Source of the DNA: Eledone cirrhosa
Lineage: Eukaryota
Length of the DNA stretch: 64,000 bases
NCBI GenBank assembly: GCA_964016885.1
Contig: OZ024762.1
Span: 7,192,001-7,256,000 of the forward strand
Reading direction: 5' to 3'
In this document: piece after piece, positions 12,258 to 24,894 of the stretch
Position numbering within the stretch: the stretch's first letter is position 1
Layout: each line of letters opens with the position of its first letter
Notes under the pieces: generated by a model
What the model was told of the DNA's origin: nothing
Database searches by the model: none
Seen by the model: the letters and a program-made list of their open reading frames with translations, nothing else
Translations under genes and position numbers: made by a program

Positions 12258-12989
12258 GTGACATATTTATTTTTATCATTATCCACCTCACCTTTAGCGG
12301 TGGATTGGCAGAATCGGTAGAGGGTCGGATGCCATGCTTTGTAGCATAGAGTTACGCCCCTTCACGTCCTGGGCTCAAATCCCGCCGAGGTTAACTTTGC
12401 CTTTCATCCTTACGGGGTCGATAAAATAAAGTACCAGTAATACACTGGATAATTTGCTGGCCTTGTGCCAAAAGTAGAAACAATTATTATTATTAATTGA
12501 AATAATTTTAAAATCCATACAATGCATTAGAAAATTAAAGGTGCCAATATAATTTTATCTTAGCACTTTTAATTTTCTAATGCATTGTATGGCTTTTAAA
12601 ATTATTTAAATCTATATTTCCTATTCAACATTGCTTCAAACAAATTATAACACTCTATTATCTATGGTGAATTGACAATATCGGTAGAGGGTCGGACACC
12701 ATGCCTTGCAGCATAGAGCTACGGCCCTTTGTGGTCTGAGTTCAAATCCCGCCGAGGTTAACTTTGCCTTTCATCCTTACGGGGTCGATAAAATAAAGTA
12801 CCAGTAATACACTGGGATAATTGCTGGCCTTGTGCCAAAAAGTAGAAACAATTATTTAGTCAGTGTTTACAGCAAAGCCACTATTTCTATTCCAATTCTA
12901 AACTTTGCTTGCCATATTCAACTCATACTTCCTAAACAAGCAAATAGCATCTCTAACATATTTATTCTCCCTACTCTGTTCATCTGCAG

Positions 12990-13174
12990 ATGGTTTGACT
13001 GCCAGCACCGTCAAGGTAATCCCGAACAATATCAATAAGAAATCCATTATAATGGTTGGAAATTGGTCCAACTTTAATATTACATGGCGTGAAGCAAGTG
13101 AAGTGAACCATGGAGAGGTACATTATCGACTTACCCTTAAAGTACGAGAATTTAAAAACTACAGCACCGTCGAG
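12990..13174 (+). CDS. ROS1: ROS1-like exon 7 (FN3)
   Basis: ctgcag/gtaaga; VKVIPNNINKKSIIMVGNWSNFNITWREASEVNHGEVHY, cf. ROS1 KVIPDSVQESSFRIEGNASSFQILW. Confidence 0.9.
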
Positions 13175-13372
13175 GTAAGACAATTCATTTACTGGATTTT
13201 AGCACACATATATATATATATATATGTAGAAGTTCTATTTAAATTGGTCTATATTATATTTTATCTGATGAAAGCACACCATAATTTAACTTGGTGTCCT
13301 TGAAATATGTATAATGAAATAAATATGGTTTTATAAATATAGTTTCCATTTGTTAATATATTGTATATATAT

Positions 13373-14190
13373 CATCATCATCATCATCATCGTTTAACGT
13401 CTATCTTCCACGCTAGCATGGGTTTAGACGGGAATTGTCCCACTTGAGGCAAGATTGGTTGTCTCGCTCGTATGGGACTGTCTGGCAGGTTTTCTATGGC
13501 TGGATGCCCTTCCTAACACCAACCACGTTTACAGTGTGGACTGGGAGGTTTTTACCGTGTTACCTTTACGGCCACATTACAGCGTGGACTGTGTGTTTTT
13601 TTTTGTCGTGACACCTACATGACCTCATTTATTTAGGACTGGATGTTGTGTTACCAACATAACTTTACAGAGAAAGGGGTGGTGTTGGTGGGGGTGGGGG
13701 AGTTGGGGAGAGTGGGATGGAGGGGGGTATATTTGATTAAGAGGTGCCTACTGATGTAGGTTTCACTTTGTACATAGGCAAGGCAGGTTTTCTGTATTAT
13801 TGCGTAGTGCCAAAGATCTCGGTCCAGTGACATTGTCTTGGAGAGGTGTACGTGTGTAAGGTCGGAATTTATCAAATCGTCCCAGGTTTTTCTGGGTCTG
13901 CCTACTCCGTAACTGCCGTCAATTTTGATCACCCTGCACTTTTTTATACAGCTGTTGTCTTTCATGCGCATCACGTGGCCATACCAACGTAGTCTTCTCT
14001 TGAGTAAACAGCATCTGATCCCTTTTATTCCTAATTTATCACTTAGTTCATTTATGCTTTGCTGTTCACGTATATTACTATTACACATCCAACGGAGCAT
14101 ACAAGCTTCGTTCCTCTCCAGTCTGCGCAGATCCTCTGCACACAATGCCCATGTCTCACTGCCATGTAACATTGCTGTTCATATACAGGC
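13373..14190 (-). mobile_element. RTE-clade LINE 3' portion (ORF C-terminus, 3'UTR, (GAT)n tail)
   Basis: MLHGSETWAL...RRLRWYGHVMRM...GRPRKTW is a typical RTE C-terminus; 3'UTR-only copies at 14380-14690 and 35780-36090. Confidence 0.9.
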
Positions 14191-14690
14191 ATCATACATA
14201 TATAGTATAAATAAAGTTTCATACACTTAGCATGGGTGGCCATAACTGGACTCTGAAATCAATGGCCACTCATTCATGTTAAATGTATAAAACTTTATTT
14301 ATACTAAATAAACTCTCTTGCAATGGATTGAGCTTTGTTTTCCTTGACCTTTTTTCTACGGATATCCTGCATATATATATCATCATCATCATCATCATCA
14401 ACGTTTAACGTCCGCGTTCCACGCTTGCATGGGTTTGGACGGGGGTAGTCCCACTTGAGGCAAGAGTGATTGTCTTGCTCGCATAGGACTGTCTGGCAGG
14501 TTTTCTACAGCTGGATGCCCTTCCTAACACCAACCACATTTACAGTGTGGGTCTGGGAGGTTTTTACCGTGTTGCCTACACGGCCACATTACAGCGTGGA
14601 CTGTGTGTTTTTTTGTCGTGACACCTACACGATCTCATTTGTTTCGGCCTGGATGGCGCGGCACCAACATAACTTTACATAGAACGGGGT

Positions 14691-14726
<36 letters not shown>

Positions 14727-14900
14727 GCAACTATTTTATTATTATCAAATCCCTCTGCAGTCAACTTTATCTTTTGTTCTTTCAAGGTTGATAAAATAAA
14801 CTACCAGTTATATACTGGTGTCATTTTAACCGACTATATCATCCCTCAAAATTACTTGCCTTGTGCCCATCTTAGAAACCTGTATTTTCTTACATTCTAG

Positions 14901-15030
14901 GACACCCTTCATAACTGGTACTCTATAAAAGGAATGCCACCTTATACAGAAATAGACCTTCGTCTCAGAGCTTCAACTTATTATGGTTCATCGCAGGAAA
15001 TCACATTGAAAATGCACTCACCCATGGCAG
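14901..15030 (+). CDS. ROS1: ROS1-like exon 8 (FN3)
   Basis: ttctag/gtttgt; DTLHNWYSIKGMPPYTEIDLRLRASTYYGSSQEITLKMHSPMA. Confidence 0.9.
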
Positions 15031-15235
15031 GTTTGTTTGTTTGTTTTGTTTTTTTAAATGAATCATATATCTCACTACAACTCCTTGAACAAAACCATCC
15101 TCCTACTACTATTATAATGGCCCCTTTATGTAAGAACCTTTGTTAAGCTATACTCCAAACACCAGCTTAATTCTAGATTATTTTCAAAATGATTTGAAAG
15201 TTTTGGGCAGAACTGAAGGGAGTGGGATCATATAT

Positions 15236-15915
15236 AAATGAAATGCAGACACCTTCCTCTCCTGGCCTCTCTGGGAAGTCAGTGTCCTGGGTTGAGTACT
15301 GACTTGGTCTATGAAAGCCCACCATCGCTAGCAAATGAAATGTAGACACCTTCCTCTCCTGGCCTCTCTGGGAAGTCAGTGTCCTGGGTTGAGTACTGAC
15401 TTGGTCTATGAAAGCCCACCATCGCTAGCAAATGAAATGTAGACACCTTCCTCCCCTGGCCTCTCTGGGAAGTCAGTGTCCTGGGTTGAGTACTGACTTG
15501 GTCTATGAAAGCCCACCATCGCTAGCAAATGAAATGTAGACACCTTCCTCCCCTGGCCTCTCTGGGAAGTCAGTGTCCTGGGTTGAGTACTGACTTGGTC
15601 TATGAAAGCCCACCATCGCTAGCAAATGAAATGCAGACACCTTCCTCCCCTGGCCTCTCTGGGAAGTCAGTGTCCTGGGTTGAGTACTGACTTGGTCTAT
15701 GAAGGCCCACCATCGCTAGCAAATGAAATGTAGACACCTTCCTCTCCTGGCCTCTCTGGGAAGTCAGTGTCCTGGGTTGAGTACTGACTTGGTCTATGAA
15801 AGCCCACCATCGCTAGCAAATGAAATGTAGACATTTTCCTCCCCTGGCCTCTCTGGGAAGTCAGTGTCCTGGGTTGAGTACTGACTTGGTCTATGAAGGC
15901 CCACCATCGCTAGCA
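15236..15915. repeat. Minisatellite, 97-bp unit, 7 near-identical copies
   Basis: aaatgaaatgyagacacc starts at 15236, 15333, 15430 etc. Confidence 0.95.
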
Positions 15916-15980
15916 AGGAAATCATTAGAAATACAATTTAAAAAGTGGGTTAATTTTGTTTCAATTTTTTTTTTTTTCAG

Positions 15981-16228
15981 TTCCTGAGGAGCCACTTAAT
16001 CCAAGAGTCTACATTAACGAGAGAAAAGAGCTGCAATCAAGCAAAGAATTTCTGTCGGCTGATTTACGCTGGTCAGCACCAAATAACCGTTTTGGTTTGC
16101 TTAAGAAATACGTAGTATCTTACATAACAGATTCCAATACAGTTGTAGCAGAAAGAAAAGAGATAGAACCTCATACCCGACAGTTTGTTGTTGAACGTCT
16201 CAAATCTAATTGCACTTATACTTTTAAC
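15981..16228 (+). CDS. ROS1: ROS1-like exon 9 (FN3)
   Basis: tttcag/gtaaga; PEEPLNPRVY...DLRWSAPNNRFGLLKKYVVSY...LKSNCTYTFN, cf. ROS1 PSAPENPRIF. Confidence 0.92.
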
Positions 16229-17248
16229 GTAAGAACAATTTATTTTTGGTTATGTATTTGTTTTGTAAGTTTCTTGGTGTGAAATCATATTGTTATTTTG
16301 GGGCATGGCACGTTCTATGTTCAAAATCCCAACAAGGTTAACTTTGCCTTTCATCCTTACAGGGTCGATAAAATAAAGTACCAGTTACACACTGGGGTCG
16401 ATTTAGTCAACTTTCCCCTCCCCCCAAATTATTGCCCTTGTGTCTAAATCAGAAACCGTTATTATTAATTATTAGTTGTTTTGTCAAAGCTCTTTTGTCA
16501 CACATTCTGTGACCTCAATGGCTATATGTTCTTTTTCTCTGTGTCTCCTCTTCTTTTTGATCTTATTCTATTTAATCCATCTTGTTCTTCTGATGGAGTA
16601 AATGAAATAAAATCAAAAAGAAGAGGAGACTCAGAAAAGAACAAAAGAAGAAAGAATTGTCATTGATGAGGTTACAGAATGTGTGATGAAAAACCTTTCA
16701 TAAAATAACCCAATAACTAATAATCATAAAGTTGTTGTTGTCGTCATCTTCTTCTTCTCCTCCTCCTCCCCCTCCTCCTCAGTAATACCAGATTTTCCAT
16801 AAATTCTTCTCTCACTTAATGGAGAAGAGATGGAGGCCATCACCAAGCAGTGGTTCATTTGATCTGGTGTGACACATGCAGTGTATGTCACACTTGCCTT
16901 GACAGTCACCAATACAGCTTATGTGAGACCCTTAGTTAAGAACAGTGTTGTTGGTCTGGTAGTTTTATAGTAGGTCTTTCAAAGGGATAATGATTAATTG
17001 AAAATGAAGTAATGTATGTTTTATTGGCAACATGGCCATCCCCAAATATTACAATAATTTTATTGTTGTAATATTTGAGATTTATCCTGCTCTGGAAAGA
17101 AAGATTTTGCCATTGCTGCTGCTGCTGCTGTGTTTGATGTGGTTGTTATGGTGGTGGTGTTGGTTGTTGTTGTTGTTGTTGCTGTTGCTGTTGCTGCTGC
17201 TGTGTTTGATGTGGTTGTTATGGTGGTGGTGTTGGTTGTTGTTGTTGT

Positions 17249-17281
<33 letters not shown>

Positions 17282-17657
17282 GTTTGATGTGCTTGTTATG
17301 GTGTTGGTGTTGGTTGTTGTTGTTGTTGTTGTTGCTGTTGCTGTTGCTGTGTTTGATGTGCTTGTTATGGTGTTGGTGTTGGTAGTTATTGTTGTTATAG
17401 CTGTCATTATTGTTATGGCTGTTGTTGTAGTTGTAATGAAATGATTAATAATTTCCATAAATCCCTCAAAATTATTCATTAATTCATTGAAATGGTGTGT
17501 AGTTTATAAGAAATATGGTGAAGAAAGTGTCAATGTATTTTAACATCTCACTTAATATGTAAATAAGAAAATAGAAGTATCAAACACCTCAATCTGAATG
17601 TAGATACATCTAGAACAAATGCAGAGTAATCACTGAATGTCTCTATATGTAAATAAT

Positions 17658-17849
17658 TGTTTCTACTTTTGGCACAAGGCCACCAATTACCCAGTGTATT
17701 ACTGGTACTTTATTTTATCTTATCAACCCCGTAAGGATGAAAAGCAAAGTTAACCTCGGCGGGATTTGAACTCAGAATGGCAAGGGCCGTAACTCAATGT
17801 GTCAAAGCATGGCGTCCGACCCTCTACCGATACTGCCAATCCACCGCCC
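17658..17849 (-). mobile_element. SINE family A copy with 14-bp TSD
   Basis: tatatgtaaataat at 17644-17657 and 17850-17863. Confidence 0.9.
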
Positions 17850-17899
17850 TATATGTAAATAATATTCACTTAATACAAAGCCAACAATAAACAAAGCAC

Positions 17900-18530
17900 C
17901 CTAAGGATAAGACCATCAAATGCCAAACTGGTAACCAATTCACTCATTAAAACAAAGCCTGGAGCCAGCAGGCCTTGACCATAGAGATGGTAAGTGCCCT
18001 GACAGAATGGCCCTCTTCCCATTCGAAAGAGGTAAATCCTTTATCTGGGACGTGGCATATTGTAACATGTTCTCCACCTCCAACTGAGTCACTTTAGCCC
18101 CAAATCCGGTACCGTACCTTCAATGCAGAAGACAGGAAGACAAGTAAATACCGGGGCTTGTTCAGCCATTTCATCTTTGCACTGGTCACTGTTGAGACCT
18201 CAGGCATCTTCAGACCCCAAACAGCTGACCTCCTACATAAAATGGGAATGATAGTAGCCCATCTGTGGAAAGAGCCCCAAGAGGCTGGGTTGCTGTTGCA
18301 GTGCATGTTGTTGGCATGCCTCTGCCATTTTGTTCACTGGGCCAAAACACCGCTTTGACCTGGGTATAGAGTCTGTCACCCTCTCCCCTTCCCTCTTCCT
18401 TTCTCTAATAGTCTTTTTCTCTTATTTATGGCATTTATAGTATTTTCCACTTCTGCTTTCTTTTTCTTTATGTCTGACCAAATTATATCAGCAATAAATG
18501 TATAAAGATATTCCCAGTAAAATAAACAAT
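17900..18530 (+). mobile_element. CRE/R2-group non-LTR retrotransposon relic (restriction-like endonuclease end)
   Basis: Fragments PFERGKSFIWDVAYCNMF, AEDRKTSKYRGL, FIFALVTVETSGIF match the RLE C-terminal pattern (WD..C.D / K..KY / VET.G). Confidence 0.6.
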
Positions 18531-18573
18531 TAAAAACTGTCCATACTTATATATATTTCCTTGTTTTATCTAG

Positions 18574-18637
18574 ATTCAGGCCTGTACAGAGTTTGTCTGC
18601 AGCAAACCATCAGTTAAAGTCTCTATTACAAGTAACA
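18574..18637 (+). CDS. ROS1: ROS1-like exon 10
   Basis: tctag/gtaagc; IQACTEFVCSKPSVKVSITSN completes the FN3 F/G strands; phase 0-1. Confidence 0.85.
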
Positions 18638-19181
18638 GTAAGCATTCTTTCTTCTCCCTATTTGAATAACATTAATATGTATGTATTAATGTGGCGGTGG
18701 ATTGGCAGTATTGGTAGAGGGTCGGATGCCATGCTTTGACGCATAGAGTTACGGCCCTTGCCATTCTGAGTTCAAATCCCGCCGAGGTTAACTTTGCCTT
18801 TCATCCTTACGGGGGTCGATAAAATAAAGTACCAGTAATGCACTAGGTTGGTGGTCTTGTGCCAATAGTAGAAACAATTAATATGTATATATTAACTTTA
18901 ACGAGGTTAACTTTGCCAATGATGACAATGATGACAACTATGATGATGATGATGATAATGATGCTGGGGGTGGTGGTGGTGGTGGTGGTGGTGGTGGTGG
19001 TCGGGGCGATGACGATGCTGATTGATGACAACTATGATGATGATGATGATCCTGGGGGTGATGGTGGTGGTGGTGGTGGTGGTGGTGGTGGTGGTGGTGG
19101 TGGTGGTGGTGGTGGTGGTGGTGGTGGTGGTGGTGGTGGTGGTGGTGGTCGGGGCGATGACGATGCTGATTGATGACAACT

Positions 19182-19213
<32 letters not shown>

Positions 19214-19247
19214 AATTCTGGGGGTGGGCGCGGATGACAATGATGAT

Positions 19248-19290
<43 letters not shown>

Positions 19291-19409
19291 AATTGTGGGG
19301 GTGGAGGTGTTGGGCGCGGATGACAATGATGATTGATGACGATGATGATGATGATGATGATTGTGGGGGTGGAGGTGTTGGGCGCGGATGACAATGATGA
19401 TTGATGACA

Positions 19410-19451
<42 letters not shown>

Positions 19452-19525
19452 GTGGGGGTGGAGGTGTTGCGTGGTGATGACAATGATGATTGAAAGCAAC
19501 TATGGTGACTGATGATCTTTTCCAG

Positions 19526-19731
19526 ACACTAAACCATTGCCGGAATTGCTGATAGCATCTGAAGAAGGCATCAAATTAGCTGAAATGGATAATGACCTGA
19601 AGATCTCGAAGAAAGTCTCCTTAAAAGAGTCCACTCGTGCATTCACCTTTTTGGCTAAAGACAACTCCTTCTTCTGGATTGACGGTGGATCAACGCTGGT
19701 GATGCGGAACAACAAGATGGAGATAATAACA
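19526..19731 (+). CDS. ROS1: ROS1-like exon 11
   Basis: tccag/gtaagg; TKPLPELLIASEEGIKLAEMD...NSFFWID. Confidence 0.88.
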
Positions 19732-19784
19732 GTAAGGAGTTTCTTGCCTTTCAACCTTTTGACATTGATAAGATAAAATATAAT

Positions 19785-21830
19785 GTGACGTGATGTGATG
19801 TGGCCTGTTGTGATGTGATATGGTGTGGTGTGATGTGGTGTGGTGTGATGTGGTGGGTGTGGTGTGGTGTGTGTGTGGTGTGGTGTGGTGGGATGTGGTG
19901 TGGTGTGGTGTGGTGTGGTGTGGTGTGGTGGGGTGGGATGTGGTGGGATGTGATGTGGTGTGGTGTGGTGTGGTGTGGTGTGATGTGGTGTGGTGTGGTG
20001 TGGTGGGGTGTGTGTGTGGTGTGGTGTGGTGTGTGTGGTGTGGTGGGATGTGGTGTGGTGTGGTGTGGTGTGGTGTGGTGTGGTGGGGTGGGATGTGGTG
20101 GGATGTGATGTGGTGTGGTGTGGTGTGGTGTGGTGTGATGTGGTGTGGTGTGGTGTGGTGGGGTGTGTGTGTGGTGTGGTGTGGTGTGGTGTGGTGTGGT
20201 GGGGTGGGATGTGGTGTGGTGTGGTGTGGTGTGGTGTGGTGTGGTGTGGTGTGGTGTGGTGTGATGTGGTGTGATGTGGTGGGATGTGGTGTGATGTGAT
20301 GTGGTGTGGTGTGGTGTGGTGTGGTGTGGTGTTATGTGACGTGATGTGATGTGATGTGATGTGGTGTGATGTGGTATGATGTGGTGTGGTGTGGTGTGGT
20401 GTGATGTGGTGTGATGTGGTGTGGTGTGATGTGATGTGGTGTGGTGTGGTGTGATGTGGTGTGGTGTGGTGTGATGTGGCATGTTGTGATGTGGTGTGAT
20501 GTGGTGTGATGTGGTGTGGTGTGGTGTGATGTGATGTGGTGTGTTGTGGTGTGATGTGATGTGGTGTGGTGTGTTGTGGTGTGATGTGATGTGGTGCATT
20601 GTGGTGTGGCGTGGCATGATGTGGTGTGATGTGTTGTGATGTGCTGTGATGTGTTGTCGTGTGGCATGTTGTGAAGTGATGTGATGTGATGTGGTGCGTT
20701 GTGGTGTGGTGTGATGTGATGTGATGTGGCATGTTGTGATGTGACGTGGTGTGATGTGTTGTGGTGCGTTGTGGTGTGGCATGTTGTGATGTGATGTGAT
20801 GTGGTGCGTTGTGGTGTGGCGTGATGTGATGTGATGTGGTATGTTGTGATGTGACGTGTTGTGATGTGTTGTGGTGTGTTGTGGTGTGGCATGTTGTGAT
20901 GTGGTGTGTTGTGGTATGATGTGATGTGATATGATGTGATGTGGTGTGGTGTGATGTGATGTGGTGTGTTGTGATATGATGTGATGTGGTGTGATGTGGT
21001 GTGTTGTGTTATGATGTGATGTGATGTGATGTGGTGTGATGTGGTGTGATGTGATGTGGTGTGTTGTGATATGATGTGATGTGGTGTGTTGTGATGTCAT
21101 GTGGTGTGTTGTGGCAAGTTGTGATGCGGTGTGTTGTGGTGTGGTATGATGGGATGTGATGTGATATGGTGTGTTGTGGTGTGGTGTGATGTGACGTGGT
21201 GTAGCGTGATGTGATGTGATGTGACATGGTGTGTTGTGATGTGACATGGTGTGTTGTGGTGTGGTGTGATGTGATGTGACATGGTGTGTTGTGATGTGAC
21301 ATGTTGTGGTGTGGTGTGGTGTGATGTGATGTGGTGTGGCGTGATGTGAATGTGATGTGGTGTGTTGTGGTCTGGTGTGATGTGATGTGACATGGTGTGT
21401 TGTGATGTGACATGGTGTGATGTGACATGTGATATGACATGGTATGATGCGACGTGACATGTGATGTGACATGATGTGTTGTGATGTGACATGATATGAT
21501 GCAACGGGACATGTGTTGTGATGTGACATGGTATGATGCGACGTGACATGTGTTGTGGCATGACGTGGTGTGACATGATGTAATGTGATGTGGTGTGATG
21601 TGATGTGATGTGGTGTGGCGTAATGTGGCATGGTGTGTTGTGACATGGTGTGATGTGATGTGACGTGACGTGACATGACATGATGTGATGTGACATGACG
21701 TGGTGTGCCGTGATGTAATGTGACATGATGTGATGTGACGTGGTGTGATGTGATGTGACATAATGCAACATGGCGTGACATAGTGGGATGTGATGTAATA
21801 CAACATGACCTGGTGTGATGTGATGTGATG
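19785..21830. repeat. (GTGTG/GTGAT)n pentanucleotide-type array, ~2 kb
   Basis: Direct inspection. Confidence 0.95.
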
Positions 21831-21971
21831 TTCTTGTTGCCACGTTACTGTCTGTCTATGTTGTTGTTCTTGTTGTTGTTGTTGCCATGTTACTGTCTAT
21901 ATTGTTGTTGTTGTTGCCATGTTACTGTCTGTTGTTGTTGTTGTTGACACGTTCCTCTATCCAATTGACAG

Positions 21972-22144
21972 CTGAAGAAACTGACGAAAGAAATCAATGA
22001 CCTCACTGTTGATTGGATTGATCAGACGCTGTATATAGCAGCAGGAGCAGAGATCCATTGCTACAACATCTATACTAAACTTCCCTGTATTCTCAGATAT
22101 GGCAATGGTGTCATCTATACTATCAAAGTCAGCCCTTTTACCAG
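21972..22144 (+). CDS. ROS1: ROS1-like exon 12
   Basis: gacag/gtagct; LKKLTKEINDLTVDWIDQTLYIAAG...IKVSPFT. Confidence 0.85.
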
Positions 22145-23184
22145 GTAGCTACAATCTTCATCTCTCTTTTCTTGTTGGTTCTTGTTGTTTTCTTTAGCTT
22201 TTTGTCAGAAATTAATTTTAACCCTTTCGTTAACATATTTCTAATGAAAGATACCATCTATGATCTTCAAATAGTTTTTTAAATAATTTTTAAAATGTGG
22301 AGATTTGGAGGACATTTACTCATATAACTAACTTTCTCAGTTTAAGATGGTGTATGGAACATAACTTAACAAAGGTTCTTACATAAAATTATGATGATTA
22401 AAACACTTTAAACATTTTGCTACTATATTTCTAACGAAAGTCACTGTTTATAATCTTCAAATAATTTTGAAAATAATCAAGAACAATTTTTTACATTATT
22501 AAGCTGGTATTTGGAAAATAACTTAACAAAAGTTCTTACATACAATTCTGATGGAATGTTGTTTACATAAAATTATGATGGTTAAAACATTTAAAACATT
22601 TTGTTACCATATTTCTTATGAAAGACATTGCCTAAGATTTTCAAATAATTTTGAAAATAATCAAGAAATTGGAGTGATTTAGTAATATAACAAACTTTCT
22701 CAATGTAAGCTGGTGTTGAGAGAAAGATATAGTCAATAGCCTGTATGAAAAGTCTGTAAGTAGATATGATTAAGTAATTAAGTAATGACTCGGTCTGTAA
22801 AAACCTGTGGAAAAGCAGACATTAAATGATAATGATGTTGATAATGAAGTATGTATCTATATTGAATAAAATGAAATTTATTGAATCATATATTGAATAT
22901 GAACTGTATTTAATTATATTGAACTGAACTATATAGAACTGTATTGAACTGAACTCTATGTAACTGTACTGAACTCTATGCCATATTCTTTGCAGCATAT
23001 AGTTACGTCCCTTTACGTTCTGAGTTCAAATCCTGCCAAAGTTAGCTTTACCTTTCATACTTTTTGTGGTCAATAGAATAAAGCACCAGTAATGCACTGG
23101 GGTCAATTTAATCAACTTTCCCTTCCCCCCAAAAAATTGTTTATATTGTATTGTATTGATCTATATTGAACTGTATATTTGCAG

Positions 23185-23474
23185 CACATTGTTCTGGACT
23201 GAAGCTGAAGAAATGAAAAGTTCGAGAGTGTTTAAAAGTCGAACAAATGGTAGTGATGTTGTTGAAATATTGCCAGCTCGGTACTCAAGACTTCAGAAGA
23301 GAAGCCCAGGAAATAATTGCCAGTGTCCAACAGATATCAAAATTGACAGTAGTCTTGGCGTTGACTACACCAATGACAACATTTACTTTGTTGATCTCCT
23401 TCAGAATAATTTGTGGCAGTCTGATACAGATGGCTGCCAGTGTCAGAAGTTGTTTTCTCAGACATTGAATGAAT
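23185..23474 (+). CDS. ROS1: ROS1-like exon 13
   Basis: tgcag/gtaaga; TLFWTE...QKRSPGNNCQCP...LWQSDTDGCQCQKLF, cf. ROS1 DLEGCQCW. Confidence 0.9.
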
Positions 23475-23527
23475 GTAAGAAGAATTGCCTCCGATTTCTA
23501 CATTATTTGCACTTATTGTGAAACTGT

Positions 23528-24010
23528 TTGGCTTAGTGGTTAGGGGTACTCAGCTTGTGATTGTAAAGGTCATGAGTTTGATTTTCAGTGGCACATTCTG
23601 TCTTTGAGCAAGACATTTTATTTCATGTTGTTATATTGTCATGTTGAATCTCCCTGAGAACTATGTTAAAGATACACATGTTGCTTAGGGGTTAGGGTGT
23701 TCCCTCCATGATTATAACATCATGCATTTGATTTCTAGTGGCACATTGTGCCTTGAGCAAGACACTTTATTTCACATTGCTAAAATTCAAAGAGCCAGCC
23801 TTGTCATGTTACGTTGAATCTCCCTGAGAATTATATTAAGGGTACATGTTACTTAGGTGTTAGGGTGTTTCGCTCATGATTGTCAAGTAATGAGTTTGTT
23901 TCCTAGCAGTGTGTCATGTCCTTGAGCAAGAAACTCTATTTCTTGTTGCTCCAGTGAGACCACTCAGTTGTATCTGATTGAAAGAGCCAGCCTTGTCATA
24001 TACTGTTTCA
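23528..24010 (+). mobile_element. Three degraded tandem SINE family B copies
   Basis: Repeated gcttagtggttagggt...ccttgagcaagacactttatttcac. Confidence 0.65.
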
Positions 24011-24472
24011 TGCTGGTCTTGCTTGGGGATCCAACTGAGCTGATGGATGTTATCCAACCATCTTGCTCAGGGTCTACCCCTGGGTCTCCTCTCGGTTAGT
24101 TTTGCCCTTAAAATCTGTCTAGCAGTTATCTCCTTAGACATTCTAACCACATGACCATAATTTAGGGACTATAATCTCTCAATTTGGGAAAGTACCTGAA
24201 ACAATTCTCTGATTTCTGAGCTACACACTCTATCAAGTAACATTACTCCAAATACCCTTCAGAGAAACCTCACAGTGGGCCCATATTGGACCCATATTCC
24301 TCATCATGATAATCTCAATTTTCAATGATATTTGTTCCCAAATCAAATTTTTCAATCAATTTTGTAACATAATTAATACTTTGAAGGGATTTAGTAAAAT
24401 AACTCTGTATGTCATACGATTAATAATTTTTTCTGAAATCAATTTTTCTCCTCCTCTTCCTTCTAATTTCAG

Positions 24473-24652
24473 TTTCTTCCCTCAATTCTCTGACCACGGA
24501 CCACCTACGTGTCTATTGGTCCAACAAAAATAACAACAGTGATAATTATATCTATAGTGTCCGCAAGGTTGATGGCAAGGACCTACGAAAGAACCAAGTA
24601 TCCAATGTTTATAAGATTGTTGCCTTTGGATCTCATCTTCAACCATTACCTG
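24473..24652 (+). CDS. ROS1: ROS1-like exon 14
   Basis: tttcag/gtagga; SLTTDHLRVYWSN...IVAFGSHLQPLP. Confidence 0.9.
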
Positions 24653-24894
24653 GTAGGATATTACTTACCTTTATTGATTACTGATTCAATTAGAAAATAC
24701 CCCCCCCCCCAAAAAAAAAACTTATTTTGCTTCATTGCATGGTTTTGGGGTGAAAGTTTCATATACAATGGATGACACCAACCTGTAGTCCTATCCAGGT
24801 TTACTGGAGCTCCACTTCTCACATAAGCAAACATGAATTACATATCCAACAGACCAAACTCATTTCCTTTCTCTCCAGTCTCCACAAGTCTTAC

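Noticed and set aside
19500-21843. Long His/Thr-rich minus-strand ORFs (410 and 676 aa)
   Set aside because: Stop-free readings of a pentanucleotide microsatellite.
23278-23305. RYSRLQKRS as a furin site in the ectodomain
   Set aside because: Dibasic KR is present but the P4 residue is Leu, not Arg, so the furin consensus is not met. Cleavage cannot be supported from sequence alone.
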